A stretch of DNA of 64,000 nucleotides, from the NCBI GenBank assembly GCA_964016885.1, contig OZ024762.1, positions 23,374,001 through 23,438,000 on the forward strand. Direction: 5' to 3'. The position numbers and the translations under genes are program-made. This document shows, one piece after another, positions 30,434 through 44,918 of the stretch. The stretch comes from Eledone cirrhosa (Eukaryota). Position 1 is the first letter of the stretch. Every line of letters starts with the position of its first letter. The notes beneath the pieces were generated by a model, which saw only the letters and a program-made list of their open reading frames with translations, was not told where the DNA came from and made no database searches.

Positions 30434-30935
30434 TAATTGTTTCTACTTTAGGCACAAGGCCAGCAAAATAACCAGTACATTACTGGTACTTTATTTTATC
30501 GACCCCGTAACGATGAAAGGCAAAGTTATAAAAATATTATATTATAAGAGGGTCGGACGCCATGCTTTGACGCATAGAGTTACGGCCCTTTCCATTCTGA
30601 GTTCAAATCCCGCCGAGGTCAAATTTGCCTTTCATCCTTGCGGGGTCGATAAAATAATGTACCAGTAATGTACTGGGTGATTGCTGGCCTTGTGCCAAAA
30701 GTAGAAATAATTATATTATATTATAATATTATACACACTCTAATAGGTCGGTGTATTGGAGTATCAGTAGAGTGTCGGACACCATGCTTTGCAGCATAGA
30801 GTTACGGCCCTTGCCATTCTGAGTTTAAATCCTGCCGAGGTTAACTTTGCCTTTCATCCTTACGGGGTCGATAAAATAAAGTACCAGTAATGTACTGAGT
30901 AATTTCTGGCCTTGTGCCAAATGTAGAAACAATTA
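30434..30935. mobile_element. SINE family 1 cluster: - copy 30434-30528, + copies 30547-30713 and 30745-30935
   Basis: Clear match to 13311-13496. Confidence 0.85.
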
Positions 30936-31126
30936 TATATACTCTAATAAACAACACAATATAATTATTCCATTACCCAAGGTTTTCTAACAGAGGTGTC
31001 TGAATCCGTTCATCAGGTAGACATCTTTAATTTTGATATAAGATATGAAATTAAAATCTATTATAAATGAAAGGCCGAAATAAAATAACTGGAAAAAAAA
31101 TCATTTACACACAGAATTAGGGATAA

Positions 31127-31157
<31 letters not shown>

Positions 31158-31182
<25 letters not shown>

Positions 31183-31415
31183 AAAGAAGATGAAATCGAA
31201 AATGCAACTGGAGTCTTTTTAAGGATATTCATTTGTTTCCTTTACCGATTTTACAGTTCTTATGCTTTTCAAAAGTAGAATTGAGATGGAGGGTTTGTGG
31301 TTCCATCACAATTCTACTTTTGAAAAGCATAAGGACTGTAAAACCGGTAAAGGAAACAAATGAATATTCTTAAAAAGACTCCAGTTGCATTTTCGATTTC
31401 ATCTTCATTCCTTAT
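31158..31415. mobile_element. Symmetric foldback insertion (~125-bp arms) in (TA)n
   Basis: aaggaaagaagatgaaatcgaaaatgcaactggagtc...gatgga / tccatc...gactccagttgcattttcgatttcatcttcattcctt with few mismatches and an ~11-nt loop. Confidence 0.75.
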
Positions 31416-31450
31416 ATATATGTATATATATATATATATATATGTATATG

Positions 31451-31579
<129 letters not shown>

Positions 31580-31724
31580 GTGTGTATATATATATATATA
31601 TATGTGTGTATATATATATATGTGTGTATATATGTGTGTATATATATATATGTGTATATATATATATATATATGTGTATATATATATATATATATGTGTA
31701 TATATATATGTGTATATATATATA

Positions 31725-31755
<31 letters not shown>

Positions 31756-31802
31756 GTGTATATATATATATATATATGTGTATATATATATATATATATG
31801 TG

Positions 31803-31879
<77 letters not shown>

Positions 31880-31904
31880 ATATATATATGTATATGTATA
31901 TATG

Positions 31905-31943
<39 letters not shown>

Positions 31944-31944
31944 T

Positions 31945-33025
31945 GTGAATTTCAATACTATAATCAGGCATTAGCTAGATCAGGCCATAATAATGAGATT
32001 GAGTTCCTACCTATAAAAACACATAGTTACAACATTATTTCTCACAATATGTCCATGCGGAAAAATAGTAATAAAAGTATTAACCACACACACACTAATA
32101 CGAAGGGTAGCAACAACCGTAACTCGCTCCAGAGAAGACACCTAAATACCATAAACGGAAACACCTCAACAGATATAAAAAACAAAAATAGAAGAAGAAC
32201 TAATACATTTTTCGCCACCCCCACCCCGTCAATCTAAACGTCTCTACCAACCTACCTAAGGCTTTCTTCTCAATCCTGGATAAAAACTTCCCATCTGGCC
32301 ACAAGTACCATTGTCTTCTTAATAAAAATACCATTAAAATCTCCTACTCTACCACGCCTAACATAGCATACCACATAGCTAGTAGCAATAAAAGAAAGAT
32401 TAATACTTACTTTCAACAAACTAAAACAGAGCAGGGGGTAAACTTTCAAAACAACGTAATAACTACAAACCCTGATATCAATAGTAATAAGATTAATGAA
32501 ATCAATAGCATTAGGAACAACAACCTTCATAGCCTTAATGCAATACCTACCAACTAGACTTCTACACAACATAATAACCGACAGGTTAACATCCAAAATA
32601 AATGTAACTGTAGATCTAATAAAACCTGCCCTTTAGGTAAAAACTGCTTAATCAAGGACATCATCTACTCATGCACGGTCAGAACTAACAACTCTTCTGA
32701 AACCTATATAGGCCCTACTTCGAACTGCTTCAAAACGAGATACAACTCGCATCTCCAATCTTTCAAAAAAACACAGTCTAGCCAACTCCACTTCACTATC
32801 TAGCTACATATACTATCTGAAAACTAGAAATAGATCATATATACTTCAATGGGAAGTGATAGGTAAGGCGTCATCGTACAAACCACCTAATAAATTCTGT
32901 AACCTCTGTCTACTAGAGACCCGTACTATAATATTTTCGAACCTTAACCTCCTTAATAAAAAATCGGAAGTGATTGCGTCGTGCCAGCACCGCTTCCGAC
33001 ACTCCTTCCAAAGCTTTAAACCTAA
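31945..33025 (+). pseudogene. 5'-truncated PLE coding fragment (RT C-terminus/linker + GIY-YIG)
   Basis: [10 protein letters not shown]...ILDKNFPSGHKYH..NKNTIKISYSTTPN...CNCRSNKTCPLGKNCL..IIYSCTV...TYIGPTSNCFKTRYNSH...CNLCLLE...LLNKKSEVIASCQH, with frameshifts; long 3' UTR to ~34612. Confidence 0.88.
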
Positions 33026-34388
33026 TATATAACAATGTCAGACTTGAACCCATCACCGCTTCTAACACCACACCTCAAGGGCATGCCTTACACCACTACA
33101 CCACACTCTCTGATCCACCCTTTCCTCGACACAAATCATTCTATCTAACTATAACTTTATACCCTAGAAATATCCCCATAAACACCAACTTTTAATATAA
33201 TTACTTTTAATTACTTATAATTATATAGGGATTGAAATATAATACAATCTATATAAACTTTAAATACTAGATACAACAATGAATTATATATGCATCTGTA
33301 GTTAAATGTATGGAGTAATTTATTAACATAAAGGATCTGTCTAACTTATATGTTGGGTGGTGCAATGTATTATATATGCATGTATAACTTAATGGATAGA
33401 TTAATGACATTGTAAATGAGGGATGTATTTGTTTACCCAAGAGATGTATTTGATTTTATCATGCAAACAGCCATACGTTGCTCCATAGCTTACCAAGGGT
33501 TATGTAGACAAAATTCTAATTGGTCCTTTGATATCTTTTGAGAGTAGACTGTATCCACAGTGAATGTTGATATAAAGATATAGCATTTTGTGTGGGAAAT
33601 TCAATTATAGCGCTATATAATGAGTAATCAACTTCCTATAGACACCTTTAATACATCATGATAGAGTAGAGTGTATTTAAAATTAAATATAAATAAATAT
33701 ATAACCTTTTATATAAGGGACTCAATTGAGGCACCATATAAGGTATGTTAGAACAATGAATTCAGTTATGGGAATCAGTTAGTTACCTCCCTTACGCATT
33801 AACTCTCCTTAATTATACACCTACTTCCGGATAATAAACCACTGTAAATTCTCGCAGCAGAAAGAACCTATTCTATAAATATGGATTAAATAACACTGAG
33901 CCTCAATACGTTACAATCATTTACTACATCAAACATTCAATACGAATTCATCGTAACATACGTGATGGATGTGAAAACTATAACTTTCTTTTTTTTTTCT
34001 TTTTCTCTTTCTGCACACATACTTTGTTGATCTATACAAAAAACACCCTCCCACTACAACCACCATAATACTCTTGCTTACCCGCTTAAAGTGCTTGTAT
34101 TACATGTAATACCTTGCCACACAATACTCGTATATAAATGAGACACACTTGCATGCTCCATGTATGACTAACGCATACACTATCTACTAGATCTGATTAT
34201 CGAACTATCCTCTTGCATTATCTGTGTTATCTGCGCATGTATTTTAATTTTGATCTGGTACACAAATATAGTATAGTATATTATATGTCACTCCACTGTA
34301 CATCAATATATATATATATATATATATATGTATCTGTATGTCTCTTGCGTGTGATAGGAGGTCAATTATATGTACAAGCATTGAAACA

Positions 34389-34435
34389 TGCTCCGAAGAC
34401 TTCAAGCCTCAGTTTGGATGAAACGATTGTAAGTG
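34389..34435 (+). ncRNA. Hammerhead-like motif with CCGAAGA core at the PLE 3' end
   Basis: tgct-CCGAAGA-c ttcaagc/ctca/gtttgga t-GAAA-cgattg-TA-agtg then AATAAA. Confidence 0.6.
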
Positions 34436-34626
34436 AATAAATGCTTTGAACATAGCTTTGATTCTTGTGAATTCTATATAACTGCTCTATAGAACTGATG
34501 TTATTACATTGAGCTATTTATCTTACTGGTAATAAGGTAGTAATACATTACTGACCTTTCCTGTTTATAGTTTATAATATACATAACTATAAATAGTATC
34601 CTTAATATTTCTATATATATATATAT

Positions 34627-34765
<139 letters not shown>

Positions 34766-35196
34766 CACATATATATATATATACACACACACAGATATAT
34801 ATATGGATATGGTGGCTGCCAACTCGTTTTCGAGTACGGCCACTACTTTATATCCATGTAGGAGAACCCCTACCAATGCGCTGAATGAGTGTGACTTTTT
34901 AGACCAGCCAGCGACTTGAAAACTCTGGTACAAACACTACACCTGTGACAATTATTGACACACAGTGCTGGGCCCATGGTACCATGTGACGACAAGTGCA
35001 GAGAGATCTCCAGATATAAAGCAATGCCTGTGCCGTGAAGCTTTTATAGTGAGCAAAGGCACTGCACAAAGCCAGTCCCACTCTCTTAACCAAGATGATA
35101 TTTACCAAAAAGAAGTGTGTGTGTGCGTGTGTGTTTGTATATACATATATACATATTTATATATATATATATACACACACATATATATATATACAC

Positions 35197-35243
<47 letters not shown>

Positions 35244-35247
35244 CACA

Positions 35248-35301
<54 letters not shown>

Positions 35302-35305
35302 CACA

Positions 35306-35469
<164 letters not shown>

Positions 35470-35760
35470 CACACACACACACACACACACACATATTTTT
35501 CCTCTCACTTTGATTTTGTACCTAATTATATATCGTTAACTTCTACAGGCTATTAGAAATACTAGGTAAATTTTCTGTGGCTGTGAATCGCAGATAAAAA
35601 GCTATCATTTATTTATCTATTATTTCTTCATATATATTTTATATCATAGCCTCGTTTAAATGATTTTTTGTATGGTTGATTATGCTGATTGGGAGAAGAA
35701 ATACTGTATATATTTTATCTAATGATTCTATGGACCTACTTATACACACACACATACACA

Positions 35761-35796
<36 letters not shown>

Positions 35797-35870
35797 GAAT
35801 GTATATATAGTGTATTGCAAAATACACTATATATATACATTCATATAGATTCGGTATTTCAGAGCACCAA

Positions 35871-35917
<47 letters not shown>

Positions 35918-35984
35918 CCAGATAGGCATAAGTTAAAAAAGTAAAATATAAAACATCTTCGTATATATATATATATATATATTA

Positions 35985-36802
35985 ATATGAAAACATGGCG
36001 TGCTGCGTGGTTGCAAATGGGTTACATATGAATAAAATTAGTCCTTCATCAGTGATCTTCCAACCTTCATTAGTATTTCATCGCTTTAAAGACCATATAC
36101 CTCCGGTTGGTGCGAGCAACGGCTGAAGAAAGTCGTTGGGACACGTAAATAAGGGGAATGAGCGAGACTAAACAATTAAAGATGGTAATGCAACGAATAG
36201 TGAGGAAGAATGAGTCGAGTCCCTGAAATCGTTGAACATAAGTTCTGTGAAAACGTGGACGAGAGAGAATAAAGACCATCAAACCTGATCGAAATGTGAG
36301 CAAGGATAGAATTTCGCACAGGTCAAACGGGAAGAAGAAGGAGTCAAGTCCCTGAAATCGGTGAACATAAGTTCTGTGAAATCGTAGACGAGAGAGAATA
36401 AAGACCATCAAACCTGATCGAAATGTGAGCAAGGATAGAATTTTGCACAGGTCAAACGGGAAGAAGAAGGAGTCAAGTCCCTGAAATCGGTGAACATAAG
36501 TTCTGTGAAATCGTAGACGAGAGAGAATAAAAAACACCCGACCTGGTGAAAGTGTGCGTGAGGAAAGAATTTCGCACAGGTCCTACTTCCTCCCGTTTGA
36601 CCTGTGCGTTGACTCCTTCTTCCTCACTTTTCGTTGCATTACCATCTTTGATTGTTTACAGTCTCGCTCGTTCCCCTTATTTACGTGTCCCAACGACTTT
36701 TTTTAGCCGCTGCTCGCACCAACCGGAGGTATATGGTTTTTAAAGCAATGAAATACCAATGAAAGTTGGAAGATCACTGATGAAGGACTAATTTTATTCA
36801 TA
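35985..36802. mobile_element. Two-armed insertion with internal 129-bp tandem repeat (about 3 copies)
   Basis: 36027-36210 is inverted relative to ~36615-36802; ccctgaaatc recurs at 36221, 36350, 36479; left arm has a ~45-nt tail; (TA)n flanks. Confidence 0.75.
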
Positions 36803-36875
36803 TATATATATATATATATATATTCGTGTATATATAAAAGTGTATATTGAGAAATAGAAATATACTCATAAATAT

Positions 36876-36918
<43 letters not shown>

Positions 36919-37179
36919 TATATACGTACAAATAAATGCATACACTTCCATACACGCATACAATTGTCTGGATGTTTTCCTGCAAGAATCATCTAGTTTC
37001 TTGAAACGTTCGCTAAAGAAATGATTATATTGTGTTGTTTATTATGTAATTAAATAGCTCTGTACAATACATAGAGCACTCTTCGTTCTTTTACCTTTTC
37101 TACAGAAATTCCTAATATATATATATATATATATGTAGTAAAAGATTGAATAATAACATGGTCGGCCGTATATATATAT

Positions 37180-37386
37180 ATAAGTAAAGAGGCAGGCTGT
37201 GTGGTTACTGTAAGCAAAGAATTAGATGGTAATAGGGACGTAAACAAGAGAAGAAATGTAGCCCTTCATCAGCTGCTTACTGCCGAACGATGTTCTGTGT
37301 TAAGTGCCGAAGCATCCTTGATCCACTGTAAACAGCTGATGAAGGTCTACTTTTCTTCTCTTGTTTACGTCCCTATTACCATCTTA

Positions 37387-37390
<4 letters not shown>
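37180..37390. mobile_element. Short two-armed insertion in (TA)n
   Basis: agatggtaatagggacgtaaacaagagaagaaa..cttcatcagctg / cagctgatgaagg..ttcttctcttgtttacgtccctattaccatct; left arm has a ~40-nt tail. Confidence 0.7.
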
Positions 37391-37421
<31 letters not shown>

Positions 37422-37738
37422 CCAGTAGTATCAATCTTAGCGCACCGAAACAACGAACGTCCAGGTATCGGCTGATGAGAGACGACTGTCTATGTTTTGT
37501 TGTTTTTTATTTTCCTAACGTTCGCACATTTTGTTTTTATTTTGTTCAATGTTAGCTACATGTATCTTCTTCCAATATATATATGGTAATAATATATATA
37601 TAAATGTATGTATATAATATATATTATATATATAAATGTATGTATATAATATATATTATATATATAAATGTATATATGTAATATATATTATATATATAAA
37701 TGTATATATGTAATATATATTATATATATAAATGCATG

Positions 37739-37769
<31 letters not shown>

Positions 37770-38314
37770 AATGTATATATAAAAAGAATAGTGTTCGACA
37801 ACCTGCCAGTATCGTTCGTACGTTAGATATAATACTGTACATATTTGTTCTGTCGCTTTGTTCAAATCCCACTGGAGTCCATTTTGCTTTTCATCCTTTC
37901 AAGGTCGATAGAAACAACACCAATCGTACACTGGGGTGTGTGGGGGGGGGGTCGACTTTCTCTCTTCTACCCTTTCTTTCTCTCTATGTATATCTCTCTA
38001 TCTCTCTCTACTTACGTTCTCTCTCTCTACTTACGTTCTCTCTTTCTACTTACGTTCTCCCTCTCTACTTACGTTCTCTCTCTCCCCTTACTTCTCTCTC
38101 TCTCTTTCTCTTCCTCCGTTCCTCTTTCTCGCTTTCTCTTTACTCTCTATTTACTTTCTCTCTCTACTTTCAGTCTCTCCCTCTCTATTTACTTTCTCTC
38201 TCTCTCTCTACTTTCTCTCTCTCTCTCTACTTACTTTCTATCTCTCTGTTCTCTACTTACGTCTTCTCTCTCTACTTACTTTCTATATCTCTGCCCTCTA
38301 TATCTCTCTACTTA

Positions 38315-38352
<38 letters not shown>

Positions 38353-38391
38353 ACTTTCTATCTCTCTGCCCTCTATCTCTCTCTACTTACG

Positions 38392-38426
<35 letters not shown>

Positions 38427-39064
38427 GCTACTTAAGTTCTCTCTCCCTCTCTGCCTGTCTCTCTCTCGCTACTTAAGTTCTCTCTCTCTCTCTCTACTTA
38501 CGTTCTCTCTCCCGCGCGCTCTCTCTCTACGTTCTCTATCCCTGTATTTCCTTCATGCTATCTCTTTCTTTCTTGCTATCTCTTTCTCTCCCTCTCTCAT
38601 GATGTCTATACTTCTCTGCTCCTTTACTTACACTCTCTCTCTCTCATTCCCTCTCTATTTTCTTCCAACTCATTACATATAATGTATATTTCCTACTTCT
38701 ACCAGTTACAAGAGTTGTCTCCTCTTCATCCCCGTCTTCCCTATCCTTTTCTAGATATTATCACTTCCGCCAAGATATAATCTAGTTAATATTTCGATAT
38801 TAATAGGGCATTTTTTTAAATATCACATTTACAACCCGTCTGTATATTTTTTCATACATACATATATGCATACGTACATACATACATGCATATATAGACA
38901 CCTATACATACATATGTGCATACGTATATACATACATGCATATATACACACGTATACATACATATGTGCATACGTATATACATACATGCATATATATACA
39001 TACGTATACATATACACATACATACATACAAACATACGCATATATATATGTATAAACATATACA

Positions 39065-39168
39065 CAGAGGGTATTTCAAAAAATATATACACACTTCAAC
39101 AGCATTCTAATGAATTTTCAATATAAAGCTAATAAAAGTGTGTATACATATTTTGTTGAGACCCTCTC
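39065..39168. mobile_element. ~105-bp Tc1/mariner-type MITE
   Basis: Imperfect TIRs agagggtatttcaaaaaatatatacacactt / aagtgtgtatacatattttgttgagaccctct. Confidence 0.5.
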
Positions 39169-39345
39169 TATATATGTGTGTATATATGTGTATATATGTG
39201 TATGCATGTATGTATATATATATGTGTGTGTATATATATGTGTGTGTGTGTGTATGTATATATATATGTGTGTGTGTGTATATAGATATATATGTGTGTG
39301 TGTATATAGATATATGTGTGTATGTATATAGATATATATGTGTGT

Positions 39346-41975
39346 ATAGGAGAAAGTATGACATCGAAGCTCAAGCAGTTTCGACGGCTATTTCTGGACT
39401 AAAGTAAGTTTTTTTTTAGTCTGGTAAATAAATAGCCGAACTTTTCAAGGGGTTCTTCCTTATATGGAAAGATTGTAGTTGTCAAGAGGATTGGTCAAAA
39501 TTTGTAGCAGACACAGAAAAGTCTATCATGGCAGTGGGTGCGGGGTGGGGGTGGCTGAACTTGCCTGTAGAACGATAGGAGATAGGGTAGAGCCGGTCAA
39601 GCGCAGAAGGTGAAATCTACACTGCAAATTCTAAGGAATGTGTATGAAAGTAGGCCAGAAGAGGTTGGCGAAAAAAGGTTTCTTTAGAAAGTGGAGAAGA
39701 CGTTATAGAAATAGTAAATCAAATGGGATTAGGGGACAATGAAAAAATATATAAAAAAGAATATAATAAAAAATGAGAGAAAGATATATCAGAATGTAAG
39801 ATTGGAAAGTGAGAAGTGAAATAAAACAAAGACTAAGGAGTCTAACACAGCTGCTATATTTAGTTGGTGCTGCTATTTCGGCCAATGCTATAGAATGAGT
39901 TTTTAGATGAGAATTATTGAAAATTTAGAATTGGGTATTAAAAATTAATATATCACATATCTGGGGTCTAACACGGCTGCTATGAATAGTTAGCATTCGC
40001 CGTTTACGCTATACTATCCGTAAGTTACTGGGGTGGGGTTACTGAGGCTAAAGAGGCCCGATGGGCTGCCTCGAGGTAGGCGAAAGGGGAAAAAACAAAG
40101 AAACGAACGAGGAAGAAGTTCGGTGGTGGAACGAAGTGATAGGAGAAGACAAAGGGAAGAAGAAAACATAGAGGAAAAGAAAAGAGGTACATCTACCTAT
40201 ATAAGTTGGGGTTTTCCCTATCTTATTCGGCAAGTGGGGTGTTTCAGCCCTTGCCTACCCACCCAGATTGTTAGGGGGTTTGAGGGCGAGGTAAATCTTC
40301 CACAATCTGTGTTTGCATGCAGTTACCAGTTCGTCTTTTTTTGTTTAGGAGTTGATCCTTCGTAAACATCATTTGTAATGTTTCCCTCGAGCATAAGTTA
40401 CACGGACGGCGTCCTCCCGTATAAGAGTTAGCTCTGGAAGAGTAAGCTCCAAGTAAGATGGTAAGTTATATTATTATCTTGAAGGTCTCAGATATGGCCC
40501 GAAAGTGTGGTGGAATGTCGCCGGACCGGGTTTCGGTACGTGTGTTGGTAGAGCCGGGTCTTAATGTCACAAGCGGTTAATCCTATATAAGCTTTGTTCG
40601 AGGTGTCCGTCCTCACGTTGCACTGGTAGATCACGTTACGTTCTCGGCATCTGTTGTTGAGGGGCACGTAGATCTATCAGGGCAGTTACACCTCCTGGTC
40701 GGCTCTCCACTAATTTGTAGGTTGTTTCTTCCATAGGGGTTGATTTTTGTTGTTGTTTGAGGAGACGATGTTTTGTGCGAAGGCAGGTGTGGTGCTGTAG
40801 GATAGCTTGATAATGTTTTTGTTGATTATGTTGTGGTAGCGGTTTTGTGGTGGAAAGTGTTTTTCGAGGAGCCTAAATAAGATATTCCCGATAGGTGTTG
40901 CCACCTCGGCATTGTGGGGAGGATTGAACCACGTTACGTGGCGTGAGCGGCGGTGTCGCCTGCTGGTTCCGCTAAGGGAAGATGGATAAAAGGATATTTC
41001 CTCCCGGAAGCCACTCCGGTTGAGGGCCTGGTTGTAATGAGGCATGTTCGTCGAATATCTGCCCATTAGCGAACAAACGAGATATGTGGAGGGAGATGTT
41101 TTTAACCAGATTATTGGTGATGTTTCTAGGATGGTTAGAGCGGCGGTGGATGTAGTGCAGGTTGTCGTTTGGTTTCCTGTATGGGTAGAACAGATAATTT
41201 TCGAGGTTGACTGCAACGTCCAGGAAATTTACTCGGGTTAGGGACGTTTGTAGGGTGTTTGTATTAGACCCCAGAGATGTGGTATTGATTTTTAATACTC
41301 AATTCTAAATTTTCAATAATTCTCATCTAGCAACTCATTCTATAGCATTGGCCGAAATAGCAGCACCAACTAAATATAGCAGCTGTGTTAGACTCCTTAG
41401 TTTTTTGTTTTATTTCACTTCTCACTTTCCAATCTTACATTCTGATACATCTTTCTCTCATTTTTTATTATATTCTTTTTTATATATGTTTTCATTGTCC
41501 CCTAATCCCATTTGATTTACTATTTCTATAACGTTCCACCTCCATTTTCTAAAGAAACCTTTTTTCTCCAACCTCCTCTGGCCTACTTTCATACACATTC
41601 CTTAGAATTTGCCGTGTAGATTTCACCTTCTACGCTTGACCGGCTCTAACCACTCCCTTATCGTTCTACAGGCAAGTTCAGCCACCCCCACCCCGTACCC
41701 ACTCCCATGATAGACTTTTCTGTGTCTGTTACAAATTTTGACCAATCCTCTTGACAACTACAATCTTCCCATATAAGGAAGTACTCCTTAAAATGTTCGG
41801 CTATTTATTTACCAGACAAAAAAAAAATTTACTTTAGTCCAGAAATAGCCGTCGAAACCGCTTGAGCTCTGCTGTCGGGATTATACTTTCTTTTATTACC
41901 CACTCTACTACCCTTAGTATTGAGTACTCTGGTGCGTTATGGTACATCTGGTTCCTCACCACAACTAATTCGTTA
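39346..41975 (-). mobile_element. 5'-truncated PLE with ~600-bp inverted pseudo-LTR arm
   Basis: ~39370-39971 is inverted relative to ~41265-41868; coding remnant between; right arm extends ~80-85 nt beyond the left arm terminus. Confidence 0.9.
40300..41260 (-). pseudogene. PLE RT C-terminus + GIY-YIG fragment
   Basis: YNQALNRSGF...WFNPPH...LLEKHFP...KLSYSTTP...CNCPDRSTCP...VIYQCNV...AYIGLT...CNLCSRE...LLNKKDELVTACKH, with stops and frameshifts. Confidence 0.88.
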
Positions 41976-41999
41976 TGTGTGTGTGTATGTATGTATGTA

Positions 42000-42043
<44 letters not shown>

Positions 42044-42131
42044 ACTAGTTAAACTCAGTTAGGCCAATTACTCCATTTAGCTGTCTATACTTCAGAAAAC
42101 GACAAAGTTGATACTATTATTTATATTATGA

Positions 42132-42323
42132 GGGCGGTAGATTGACAGTATCGGTAGAGGGTCGGACGCCATGTTTTCCAGTATAGAGTTATGCCCCTTT
42201 ATGGTCTGAGTTCAAATCCCGCCGAGGTTAACTTTGCCTTTCATCCTTACCGGGTCGATAAAATAAATGACCAGTCATTCGCTGGAATAATTGGTGGCCT
42301 TGTGCCTATAGTAGAAACAATTA
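42132..42323 (+). mobile_element. SINE family 1, full length
   Basis: ggcggtagattgacagtatcggtagag...gttcaaatccc...agtagaaacaatta. Confidence 0.85.
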
Positions 42324-42511
42324 TTTATATTATGAGGTTTCTATGCACTACGGTTAAGCTTTCACCGTTTCGATGGGTAAAGAGAAAGTCCATTAATCGT
42401 ACCATTAATTTTCTAGGGTCGCACAGGCTTTTGTACTATGTGAGAAACCTTAAAAGATCAGTGATACCCTAGAAAAATTCTGGTACGAATAAACAAAAAC
42501 ACTCATATATG

Positions 42512-42563
<52 letters not shown>

Positions 42564-42912
42564 CACATATATTCTCTCACACACACCCGCACACACAAGT
42601 GTGTGCATGTGTGTGCATAAAATTAATTGATTTTATACACACACACACATACACACATACACACACACGTGTGTGTATCTGTGTGTGTGTATAAAATCAA
42701 TTGATTTTTTGATATATTTTTATACTTATATATTTTTCTCATTCCCACTCATTCTCTTCCACACACACATATATATATTATTGATTTCGAGTATACACGT
42801 CCACGCATATACATAAATGCACACACATACACAGACACACACACACATTACATATTTATACATACATACATATGTGTGTGAGTGTACACACACATATATA
42901 TATATATATATC

Positions 42913-42954
<42 letters not shown>

Positions 42955-42967
42955 AGTCTGTGTATTC

Positions 42968-42998
<31 letters not shown>

Positions 42999-43178
42999 CA
43001 TGAACACACACACACTCACACAGACACACATATAGAATATACACACATAGACACACACACACGTATAAATATGTTACAAAATACAATATATTATTATTGT
43101 TGTCATTATATATATGGTTGTATGTATATATATATGTGTGTGTGTCTGTATCTATATATATGTGTGTGTGTGTGTGTG

Positions 43179-43227
<49 letters not shown>

Positions 43228-43243
43228 AAAAAAAAAAAAAAAA

Positions 43244-43296
43244 GGGATTCCTGATGATTTCTAATGAATGAAACAGTTCTAGTCCTGTAGAATCTC
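43244..43296 (+). ncRNA. Type I hammerhead ribozyme motif
   Basis: gggattc-CTGATGA-t ttc/taat/gaa t-GAAA-cag/ttctagtc/ctg-TA-gaatctc; 7-bp stem I, true hairpin stem III; decayed relative at 55012-55060 (-). Confidence 0.85.
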
Positions 43297-43310
43297 ATCT
43301 ATATTAAAAC

Positions 43311-43343
<33 letters not shown>

Positions 43344-43354
43344 ATATATATATA

Positions 43355-43539
43355 ATGATTGTTTCTGCTTTTGGCACAAGGCCAGCAATTATCCAGTACA
43401 TTACTGGTACTTTATTTTATCGACACCGTATGGATGAAAGGCAAAGTTAACCTCGGCGGGATTTGAACTCAGATTATAAAGGGACGTAACTATGCTGGAA
43501 AGCATGTCCGACCCTCTACCGATACTGCCAATCCACCAC
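43355..43539 (-). mobile_element. SINE family 1
   Basis: Reverse complement of the SINE consensus. Confidence 0.85.
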
Positions 43540-44038
43540 CCTGCCAATTTATAATAATAACAATAAAAAATATATTACATACTGTACCATAAATATACAC
43601 ACAGTCTGGAATGAAAGTAATTTAGGGATTTGCCTCACTTTGAGAGAAGTTGGTGTGATATCTGTAGAAAAGCAATTTTGTTATTTATGTTTAGGCTTAT
43701 ATGGTTACGTGGCTGGAAGTGAATATTGAATTCATTCTGATTGGTTATATCAGTTTTGGAAACCAAGAATTCAACTTGCTTTCATTCTCGTATGTTACAC
43801 GGCGTTGTTAGATGTAAGAATAATTGACTATATATAATGTGTGTGTGTGCGCGTTTATATATTTGTGTATATGTATATATATATATATATGTATATGTGT
43901 GTGTATATGTATATATGTATATGTGTGTGTATGTATATGTATATATATATATTTGTGTATGTGTTTAGATATATGTGTATGTGTTTATATATATATGTGT
44001 GTGTATATGTTGATATATATATTTGTGTGTGTATGCCT

Positions 44039-44078
<40 letters not shown>

Positions 44079-44122
44079 CTGTTTATATATATATATATAT
44101 ATGTGAGTGTGTGTCTGTCTGT

Positions 44123-44171
<49 letters not shown>

Positions 44172-44288
44172 TGTATAAGTATATATATATATATTGAGAT
44201 AGATTGATAAATTTAGTCATATATGGAATAACCATATTCTCATAAGTGTATCATCTAGATATTACCTTTCAGACACACAAATATAAAT

Positions 44289-44337
<49 letters not shown>

Positions 44338-44414
44338 TCTATATAAACAAATAATATATTTTGAAAGATATGTCGGTCTTTGTCTGAATATTAAATTTGT
44401 GTACAAATATATAT

Positions 44415-44485
<71 letters not shown>

Positions 44486-44693
44486 TATATGTATGTGTAT
44501 ATATATATATATATATCGACTAATACTGTTATATATACAATATCATAGATAGTTTTAATGCTGATACCTACGTAGATATTTCTGGCTAAACTGCAATTTT
44601 GTACTTTGATGTCTGATGTAAAAGATATTTAAAATGACCTCTTCATATAATGTCAGTAAAGGGAAATATATCATGTGTGTATATGTATGATTG

Positions 44694-44731
<38 letters not shown>

Positions 44732-44883
44732 TATGTGTGTGTGTGTATATATATATATCTATGTATGTATGTATATATATGTGTGTATATGTATGTATAT
44801 GTGTGTATGTATATATATAACTATATGTATGTATATATATATATATATGTATACATATATATGTATGTATATATATATGTATG

Positions 44884-44918
<35 letters not shown>

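Noticed and set aside
36070-36537. 155-aa ORF with a 43-aa repeat
   Set aside because: Explained by the 129-bp tandem repeat inside a two-armed element; no recognisable domain.
40475-40495. In-frame TGA in the PLE GIY-YIG as selenocysteine (as reported for Naiad PLEs)
   Set aside because: It aligns to a Trp position (YVWYLK in the 4.6 kb copy), not Cys, in a copy with other lesions; best read as TGG>TGA decay. No Sec-type TGA was seen in the other fragments.
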